A stretch of DNA of 64,000 bases, taken from assembly GCF_006345805.1 (NCBI RefSeq), contig NC_043010.1:2976001-3040000 (forward strand), written 5' to 3'. The stretch is from Octopus sinensis. Taxonomy: Eukaryota. Below, in pieces: positions 54,622-64,000 of the stretch. Position numbers and translations under genes: made by a program. The notes below the pieces were generated by a model that worked only from the letters and a program-made list of their open reading frames with translations, was not told the origin of the DNA and ran no database searches. Within the stretch, counting starts at the first letter, position 1, and each line of letters begins with the position of its first letter.

Positions 54622-55872
54622 CACACATGACAGAAGTAAATAGATTCCCTTATAATCATTAAAATTTATTTAAATCTGAAATTATGCATTCAAATTATTT
54701 ATTAATTGTTATAATGTGAATATTTAATATTTAGTAGACATGCCCTTTGTATTTTTCAATGCAAGGACCCTATTAGTCATGTTACCAATCAGATGATGAA
54801 TATTCTGTTGAGGTATTTCTTGCCAAGTTTCATGCAGTAATCTCAAAAGATCTGGCCTTGAAGATGCTTTCTTGTTCTTTTTATGAAATGTCCTGTCCAT
54901 TATGTCCCAGAGATGCTCAAGAGGGTTCATACCTGGTGACTGGGTTAACCATGAAAGCTTTTTAATGCCATTCTCATCCAGTAAATCTCGGGTCATTTTA
55001 GCTGTGTAACAAGGAGCCCCATCTTCCATAAATAAAGAGTCTTCTTTAATCATTTCACGACTGGGGAAGATTGGAAAGTGTCCTTTCTACAATATAGACA
55101 CATATTCACCTGAGTTTATGTTTCCCTCACATTCCACCATCTCTGATCAACCATTGCTCCAAATTGCTCCCCAGACCATCACAGAATAGTTGCCATGTTT
55201 CATTGTTGGCTGCAATCTTTTCATATCAAATTCTTGATCACAGTGTCCCAAGACCTACACTTGACCAATGTCAGGAAATACAGCAAATCTGGACTTATCA
55301 GCGAATATGACAGTGTCCCAAAATGCTAGTGGCTTCTCCACCATCTCACTGGTCCAATCTTTTCTCTGCTTGATGTTGGCCGGTCAAAGAAGTGGCTTCC
55401 TTCTTACTGCTCTGCCATAGTAATCAAGTTTGTGGAGATACCTGACAACTGTTCTCTGACTGACATCAACTTGTTCTGCTATGTCAGAGACCTTGCAATG
55501 AGGATCATCCTCTACACTTCTCTTAACAAAGTAAAGGGCCCTGTCAGAGGGTCCTGGTTGATCTGGGTGAGGTAATGTGAACTCCTTCCCCTCTCTGGTG
55601 AACTGCATAATCACTCTATTAACTGTAGAAAGCAAGATCCCAAGGTTTTCTGCAATTTTACACTGACTCTGTCCACCTTCAGAATGACCCACAATACAGC
55701 CTCTTTGAAATATAGGCAGTTCCAAGGCTCCTTTTGTACGTGGCATGATTAAACAGTCACATATAGAACCTGAAACATAAAAATGTCTATTAATAAAAAA
55801 TATAAACCTTTACAACTTAGAATAAACATAAAATGATGTTTTATGTGGTGTCTATTTACTTCTGTCATGTCT
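54622..55872 (-). mobile_element. Full-length Tc1-family DNA transposon
   Basis: Perfect 20-bp TIR cores acatgacagaagtaaataga (54625-54644) and tctatttacttctgtcatgt (55851-55870), with TA-rich flanks. Confidence 0.92.
54724..55746 (-). pseudogene. Tc1 DD34E transposase pseudogene (341 codons, 4 internal stops, no frameshift)
   Basis: HTH region QRGCIVG...STVNRV, then IFADKSRF, VMVWGAI, FMEDGAPCY and SPGMNPLEHLW. There are 34 residues between the second D and the E. Confidence 0.93.
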
Positions 55873-55874
55873 AT

Positions 55875-56783
55875 ATATATATATATATATATATGTACAC
55901 ACGCACACACACATATATGGTAAATGAAAGACAGAAGATGGAATATACAAGAATTTTTATTAATCATGACAATTATTTCAACACATGTAGCATCGATCCC
56001 TCATGGATGGGACACCTAAAATTGGTTCAGGAGCATCTGGCGGTGCAGATGTGTCACATTGGGTGATAAATATATACAATTCATTAAAATATCAGTTCCA
56101 CAATGTATTTCCTCCTGTCATAGAAAGAAAAACAACAAAATGAAGGAAATATCTTCATTTATACAGAAGATCCACAATAAAATCACAGATGCGGAAAAAG
56201 AAATGAACACAGAACACAGCGAGAAAAGTATTTAAAAATAACCGTTAACAGATATGGATGTGTAAACGCCCTTGCACAAGCTGCATGGTGTATGTACACT
56301 CGCTCATACCAGCATCCCCCAAAATGCAAGCATTTTTCACATGTGTAGTTTGTTGCACACACAATCACAAAGCATGTTAAATAGCTACTTGGTGTTTATA
56401 AGAATGGTGAGGTTAAAGCTAAACTTAATTCATCCATGCCTTAAAATAAATTATGTTAACAGTTACCCCAATTCATTACCACTGCATTGTACAAAAGTAC
56501 ATTTATATGTATGTAGGCATCTTGAGAATCTTTCAGAAATTCTATTAATGATCTCTTCATTGGTCCACAGAAGAGACAGGGATTTCTTGGAGCAGAATCA
56601 GCATTTCCTAGAAATGATACTACCTTACTATGGACCAAGTTATATTATTCTTAATTTTATCTTCCTTCAGTTGCGACACAAAATCAACCAAAGATGTCAA
56701 AAGATGTTGAATATCTTTTATTGATTCTCTTGTGTGTATGTGTATACATATACATATACATACACAGACACAGACACACAGAC

Positions 56784-56867
<84 letters not shown>

Positions 56868-58472
56868 ACACACACATATTCAGTTTCCTGATACCAAATC
56901 CATTCACAAGGCTTTAGTTGACCTGGGATTATAGTAGAAGACACATGTCGAAGATGCCATGCAGTAGGATCGAACTTATGACCACATGGTTTGGAAGCAA
57001 GCTTCTCAACCACACAACTGACACAAGGCTTCAGAGCTTTAGGAGACGGAATAATCTATTATATTGACCCCAGTAATTGACTGGTACTTTATTCTTTCAA
57101 CCCCAGAAGGTAAAGCTGACACTGATGGGATCTGAACTCAGAATATAACACATGTTTATAAATACCAGAAAATGCAAAACACTGATCTCTAAATAAAATG
57201 AAGTTAATAATCTGAACATTTATCATCTAATTCCTTTTATTGTTCCGAGAAATGCTTATTATTAAAAAAATATTCCACAATTTGAATAGAAACGAAATTG
57301 TAGCGTCTGTCTTTTATGGTGCTTCTCTGATCCTTATACAGGAACTAGTACCATGTGATCTCATGTAAATCTTAAATCACACACCTAGTTATGGTAAAAA
57401 ATATTCATCAATATTTCCCTGTTCAAAGAAATATAAATACAACCAGGAATAAAGAGATAAAATCTTGTAAAAGTTTTGCATCAGTGTGAGGAGACAATAA
57501 ATCTGAGTTCTTGTACCTAGTCATAGAAAAAAATAAAAAGATATATATATATATATGTACACACGCACACACACATATATGGTAAATGAAAGACAGAAGA
57601 TGGAATATACAAGAATTTTTATTAATCATGACAATTATTTCAACACATGTAGCATCGATCCCTCATGGATGGGACACCTAAAATTGGTTCAGGAGCATCT
57701 GGCGGTGCAGATGTGTCACATTGGGTGATAAATATATACAATTCATTAAAATATCAGTTCCACAATGTATTTCCTCCTGTCATAGAAAGAAAAACAACAA
57801 AATGAAGGAAATATCTTCATTTATACAGAAGATCCAAAATAAAATCACAGATGCGGAAAAAGAAATGAACACAGAACACAGCGAGAAAAGTATTTAAAAA
57901 TAACCGTTAACAGATATGGATGTGTAAACGCCCTTGCACAAGCTGCATGGTGTATGTACACTCGCTCATACCAGCATCCCCCAAAATGCAAGCATTTTTC
58001 ACATGTGTAGTTTGTTGCACACACAATCACAAAGCATGTTAAATAGCTACTTGGTGTTTATAAGAATGGTGAGGTTAAAGCTAAACTTAATTCATCCATG
58101 CCTTAAAATAAATTATGTTAACAGTTACCCCAATTCATTACCACTGCATTGTACAAAAGTACATTTATATGTATGTAGGCATCTTGAGAATCTTTCAGAA
58201 ATTCTATTAATGATCTCTTCATTGGTCCACAGAAGAGACAGGGATTTCTTGGAGCAGAATCAGCATTTCCTAGAAATGATACTACCTTACTATGGACCAA
58301 GTTATATTATTCTTAATTTTATCTTCCTTCAGTTGCGACACAAAATCAACCAAAGATGTCAAAAGATGTTGAATATCTTTTATTGATTCTCTTGTGTGTA
58401 TGTGTATACATATACATACACAGACACAGACACACAGACACACACACACACACCACACACACACACACACAC

Positions 58473-58510
<38 letters not shown>

Positions 58511-59225
58511 ACACACACACACACACACACATACACACACACACATATTCAGTTTCCTGATACCAAATCCATTCACAAGGCTTTAGTTGACCTGGGATTA
58601 TAGTAGAAGACACATGTCGAAGATGCCATGCAGTAGGATCGAACTTATGACCACATGGTTTGGAAGCAAGCTTCTCAACCACACAACTGACACAAGGCTT
58701 CAGAGCTTTAGGAGACGGAATAATCTATTATATTGACCCCAGTAATTGACTGGTACTTTATTCTTTCAACCCCAGAAGGTAAAGCTGACACTGATGGGAT
58801 CTGAACTCAGAATATAACACATGTTTATAAATACCAGAAAATGCAAAACACTGATCTCTAAATAAAATGAAGTTAATAATCTGAACATTTATCATCTAAT
58901 TCCTTTTATTGTTCCGAGAAATGCTTATTATTAAAAAAATATTCCACAATTTGAATAGAAACGAAATTGTAGCGTCTGTCTTTTATGGTGCTTCTCTGAT
59001 CCTTATACAGGAACTAGTACCATGTGATCTCATGTAAATCTTAAATCACACACCTAGTTATGGTAAAAAATATTCATCAATATTTCCCTGTTCAAAGAAA
59101 TATAAATACAACCAGGAATAAAGAGATAAAATCTTGTAAAAGTTTTGCATCAGTGTGAGGAGACAATAAATCTGAGTTCTTGTACCTAGTCATAGAAAAA
59201 AATAAAAAGATATATATATATATAT
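55875..59225. repeat. Tandem duplication B, two units of about 1.66 kb
   Basis: gtacacacgcacacacacatatatggtaaatg occurs at 55895 and 57557. The units are near-identical (one SNV seen, ccacaat vs ccaaaat) and bounded by three (TA)n tracts. Confidence 0.95.
56880..57015 (-). mobile_element. SINE family A 5' part (duplicated at about 58550-58685)
   Basis: ttcagtttcctgataccaaatccattcacaagg...accacatggtttggaagcaagcttctcaaccacac. Confidence 0.8.
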
Positions 59226-60613
59226 CAATATTTTTAATTGTTTTTGGAAGTCTGAATACAACCAGGAATAGAGAGATAATATCTTTCTATCTTGCTATAA
59301 AAGTGTTGCTTCAATGCAAGAGAATTCCGAATGGTTTGGATAGAAAAACTGAAGAGCTTCAGTCAGCTGACGTTATTGGATTCCAGAGTAAGCTGTCAAT
59401 TCTCTGTTCACATGTAAATGTTTCTAATATATTTCCTTATATCAATATCAGATAAGGAATTAGATGGCTTTCATAAATGAGGTCTAAGCCTGTTTGTGTT
59501 GGTTAGTTAGTTCGAAGGAAAGTAAATGTCCTGATTTTAGAGCTCATTTGAGAAAACAAGAAGTAGATAACATAATAAGAACATAATAAGGTATATTAAT
59601 CTGGGAAATTTTAGACATTACACTGGCTTTAGAATTTACAGTTTGGAAACAGCAAGAAGATTCTAACAATGCAATGAGATATTGTTACTTCCAGACAGAA
59701 AATAGATAAATAAACAAATGAATAAATAAATAAATGAATAAATATATAGATAAATAAATAAACCAAGAAAAAGAAAAAAAAATAACAAAAAGAAAAAGAA
59801 AAAGAAAGGAAAGATATCTCCAATAATATTTCTGTGATATACATTGAAGTTTTTCAGAACTCTGATATCAACTAATTTGGGATAATGCCAAAGAAAAATA
59901 GCACAAAGGAATGCAAACAACATTGGAACAAAAAAGAAAGAAAGAAGATTAACAAACAACAAAATATTGATACTTACTTGGATCTGAGGAATCCTTGGCA
60001 CATAGTGTACAATTGATTTATTTTTTTTATGATTATTTGCGACATCACTGATGGAGGTTGTGGGAGATGAAGGAGAGAAAACTATTTGTTATATACAACC
60101 AATAGAATACAGCTTTCCTCCTCTCAAATGTTTGAATAAGATTTGTAACCAGGAAAATTTTCTGACCTTTGGGTAAAATCTATACAAATTTGCTTTGTAA
60201 CCGAATCAATACTATCTGAACCGTATGTATTAACATACAAGAGTGTATGTTTGATATTACCATTTACAAAATCTACCTACAACTGATATATATATATATA
60301 TATATTTCTACAATATCCTCTCAAATACAGATATGCATTTCCAACAGTTGTATGGCTATGTAGTTGATTGGTCTTCAATAAACATTGTCTCTTACTACTG
60401 GGCGAGAATTGATGCTTACATCTCTGTTTTAATCTAATGTTTGGTTTTGTGAGAACTGGCGACGTTATATCCCACAGATAAGTTTACATTTGTACAGAAA
60501 ATTCTTGTGTGCATTTCTGTAAGTAAGTTGGGTGTGTATGTGTGTGTGTGTGCCTGTGTGCATGTATGTGTGTATGTATAATATATATACATATATATAT
60601 ATACATATATATA

Positions 60614-60648
<35 letters not shown>

Positions 60649-61040
60649 GTATACATACATATATATATGTGTGTATATATATATATACAGGGTTATGTAT
60701 GTATATATTAATATATATATACACACACATACACATATCTATATATATGTTCGTGTATATGTGTGTATGCACATATACAGGTTTTCTTTTTGTTTCCCCA
60801 AATTACATTATGTATCCTTTTTTCTTTTCTTTTCTGGTCATTCCAAACAACTAGCTTATGTTAAAGGACAATTTATTGAAGAAACAAAAAATAAATAAAA
60901 CACAAAAGTCAAAAAACAAAGAACACAAAATTTCCATTATCACTGAAAATATATTTACTATGTATTGGAAACGATTTCGTGAAGATACTTTTGGCATGAA
61001 ATAATGTTTGAATAACAAAATAAAACTTTTGATTAGACTT

Positions 61041-61315
61041 CTATGAGAAAACTCCCTTTGGTACTTTTGATAGTGGCTTGCTGTAGGAAGTAAAGCTATT
61101 CCTCATTGGCAAATTCCAAGCTTGCGATTGTGGTAAGGTGAGATTGCCACTGTCCGCTTGTGTTGACTTTAAGTTAATGACATTATTGCTTTGAGAAACC
61201 TGACCACTGGTATTAGATCCTGTACTAGGGTCGATGTCCTTAGATCTGGAGAGGGTTTGAGCTAAAGACTGTCGATCAGGATTATGTGACTGCTCTTGAT
61301 GGCAAAATTTAAAAC
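61041..61315 (-). CDS. Candidate terminal coding exon of an unidentified gene (S/Q/N/T-rich, about 90 aa)
   Basis: Strong acceptor tttttttcttcttcatttcgttcag|. The phase-1 frame is open for FKFCHQEQSHNPDRQSLAQTLSRSKD...SKPLSKVPKGVFS*. A minus-strand AATAAA lies at 60872-60877. Confidence 0.55.
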
Positions 61316-61834
61316 CTGAACGAAATGAAGAAGAAAAAAAAATATAAAGATAAATGAATAAATAAATAATTAAATAAATAAATGTAAAGAACTGGAAACA
61401 AAATAAAATTTTTTAAAAAATTGATAAAAACAAGATAATGAGAGGTTGATTGCTAGAACGTAAAAGAATGCAGGTAAAGCAAGTTCACAAATATAGGTTG
61501 GAGGAGTGGAACTGAAGTCATTGATTTTCATGTTGTTATTGTTGTTTGTTTTATTTTATTTCATTTTTATTTATTTATTTATTCTCTTTTTTTTTTTTAA
61601 TCAGTAACAAGAAAGATACGAAGCACTGATTACAAGATAACGACGGAGAGTAAAGTAGAGTAGAATGATATTGCGTTGCTAAAAGTCTAATCAAAGCTAG
61701 GAGTTAGGAATTTTCTAAAAGAGACCAGAATTGCAAATGAGAATTGTAATGGAGACCACGAAACTAATTTGATTTCCCAATCAAGAGCGAGATGACAATA
61801 GAAGCAGGAACAAATCAAATTAGAAGAATCTTAC

Positions 61835-61953
61835 TGGGAATGGGTGAGAGATGGTGAGAAAGCTGATGGCAGAGTGAGGTGGTGGTGGTGGTGGTGGTGG
61901 CGGCGGCGGCGGTGGGGGATAAGTAACACGTGAAGCACAAGCAAGACTTCAGT
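61835..61953 (-). CDS. Candidate internal exon (119 nt, phase 2 to 1)
   Basis: ttatatttacag| ... |gtaaga. It reads LKSCLCFTCYLSPTAAAATTTTTTTSLCHQLSHHLSPIP and is the phase bridge between the neighbouring candidates. Confidence 0.3.
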
Positions 61954-62615
61954 CTGTAAATATAAACTGCAAACAGAATTTTAAGCCAAGTAAAAGATTA
62001 ATGCTATTGTATATTAGGGTGTGCAATTAAGGGTACATTTAAGAGAATGTCTGCTGCTTTGGAAGAAAATGGCTTTCTTTTCAATGTTTGTTGTTGTTTT
62101 GCTTTTTGTTTCCTTTGTTTCTCTTTCCTTCTCTTCTTCTTCTTCTTCTTGTCCTCTACCTCCTCCTCCTTCTACATCGTCATCATCATCATCATCATCA
62201 TCGTCATTCGTCATCACTGCTGTTGTTGTTATTGTTGTCAGCATCGTTGTCATAATTGCAATCATCATCATTGTCTACATCAATGTCAACATCATCATCG
62301 TCATCGTCATCGTCATCATCATCATCATCATCGTTGTCATCATTGTTGTCATAGTAACCATCAACACCACTGTCATTGTCCTTATCATTGTCACCACCAC
62401 CACCATCACCACCACCACCACCACCACCACCACCACCATCTCCTTCCTTCTCGTTCTTGTCCTCCTCTTTTTCTTTCTCTTTCTCCTTCTCCTTCTCATC
62501 CTCCTCTTTCTCTCTCTCTCTCTTTCTTTCTCCTCCTTTCCTTTATTTCTGTTGGTGGATAGCTTATAGATGTTGCTGCAATACAGTTGTAAATCCGTTG
62601 TCATCTATTACTCAC

Positions 62616-62692
62616 ATCAAAGCTGTCTTCGGGCTCGCTGGCATTACTCTAAGTTGTCCATCATTCATATTTTCTTCATCTTTAGTACAGTA
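62616..62692 (-). CDS. Candidate internal exon (77 nt, phase 0 to 2)
   Basis: cctctttgctcttcag| ... |gtgagt. Only one frame is open: YCTKDEENMNDGQLRVMPASPKTAL. Confidence 0.45.
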
Positions 62693-63294
62693 CTGAAGAG
62701 CAAAGAGGCTTAATAATACCCTGATGGTAATCAATTTGAAGATATCAATCAATAACTCCCATTATCAATAATGCTAGAGACATGCTAGACCTCGGCTAAA
62801 ACTTTCAATTTGATAATTGCACTGGACTGTTTTCTAATTGGATAAGCAACCAGTTAAGTGCTAACCATCCACACCGTTACTAACTAGATTGAATATCCAA
62901 TCTTTATTACACTCTAATGCAAATATATCGTACATGAATGTACACAGAGGGAGAGAGGGAAATAGCAAAAGAGAGTGCATGTGTGTGTGTCTGTCTCTGT
63001 TGGAGAAAGAGAGATAGAGAGAGAGAGGGGGGAGAGAGGGAGAGAGGGGAGTAAGGGTGTGTGTCTACAGGAGAGAGAGAATTGAAGAGTGATATAAAAC
63101 ATATGTAGAAGTACATGAAGACATTCACATGAGTGGGATGAACAGTATGACAGCGCATGGACATATGCATAAATGTGTGTGTGCGTATGTGTGTGTTGAT
63201 ATATCTATAGTTATTTATCCATATATAATTTTTAAACATCTATACACATATATATAGACACACATCTCTGTGATAATGTGGCTGTATGTGTGTG

Positions 63295-63356
<62 letters not shown>

Positions 63357-63421
63357 GGGTGTATATACAGGTGTATATACACAGTCAAAAATTGTGAAGC
63401 ATGACTGTCACCACTACTACA

Positions 63422-63466
63422 TGAACCTGAAGATTGCAGAATTTAATGCATGAAAGTACTAGTTCA
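63422..63466 (+). ncRNA. Minimal type-I hammerhead motif
   Basis: UGAAC / CUGAAGA / U-UGCA..UGCA-U / GAAA-GUAC-UA / GUUCA, with a palindromic stem III AGUACU. Confidence 0.7.
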
Positions 63467-63934
63467 ATCAGAATGAACAGTTAACATTCTATTATTTTAT
63501 TTTATTTTATTATATTATCTTATATCATTATAAGATTGTAAATAAAACGTGAAAATCAGACAAGGTTGGAATTCCTTTTATTAATATATATATATATATA
63601 TATATATACATACATTTACACATGTATGTATATGTGTGTGTGTATTTACATATACACACACATGTGTATGTATTTATATATGCATATTGTTGGATTCCCA
63701 CATATATATAATATACTAAAATAACCCCAAATTATCTACAGAATTAGAAGACAAAATCTCCCTCTGTGTGTTTTAGAATCTAGAAAAACTAACAATAATG
63801 CCAGCAAGCATAAATTTTTCAAAACTAAAGACTAAAGTGGATCTTATCTTTAAAACCAATTGTGGAATCAAGGGATGTTATATGGACTCATCTGACCTTT
63901 TCAATGAAGCAGGTTCTAATCAACCAGCAAAACT

Positions 63935-64000
63935 GGGAGTGGCTATGTGGTGAGAAACTTGCTCCCCAACCACATGGTTCTGGTTTCAGTCCCACTGCAT
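63935..64000 (+). mobile_element. SINE family A head, running off the window end
   Basis: ggagtggctatgtggtgagaaacttgctccccaaccacatggttctggtttcagtcccactg. Confidence 0.85.

Noticed and set aside
56272-56724. 150-aa ORF present twice (also 57934-58386), suggesting a duplicated gene
   Set aside because: The identity comes only from tandem duplication B. There is no recognisable domain, and neither strand gives a consistent splice model.
59104-59285. About 28-bp diverged direct repeat aatacaaccaggaata(a/g)agagataa at about 150-bp spacing
   Set aside because: It is short and imperfect, and the intervening sequence has no insertion hallmarks. It is probably an old local duplication.
61690-61704. 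15-bp identity atcaaagctaggagt with the hairpin flank at 12480
   Set aside because: About one match of this length is expected by chance in 64 kb of AT-rich DNA, and it does not extend.

Overview
Eukaryotic, AT-rich and heavily repetitive DNA with one 100-N scaffold gap (14927-15026). The SINE families and microsatellite load resemble those of Octopus genomes; this is recall-based inference, not a database result. Most ORF-track entries are artefacts of (TA/CA/ATT/GAT/GGT)n repeats. Supported content: (1) more than 25 SINE and RTE-tail copies from at least four SINE families; (2) LINE fragments (CR1, RTE, probable Tx1, RLE-type R4/Dong-like and HERO-like); (3) DNA transposons: a full-length dead Tc1 DD34E element, a 2.1-kb hAT-like element, a Tigger-like MITE and two copies of a palindromic MITE; (4) two near-identical 1.7-kb tandem duplications, possibly assembly artefacts; (5) the probable 3' exons of an unidentified minus-strand gene at 61-62.7 kb. 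Two signals stand out. Six Penelope-type type-I hammerhead ribozyme motifs occur, one inside a tRNA-headed SINE, one inside a competing foldback and two as an inverted pair. A 176-bp non-transposon segment was copied, inverted, from 2.3 kb away and now sits between 21-bp direct repeats. No known gene could be named, and nothing prokaryotic (CRISPR, operons) is present.
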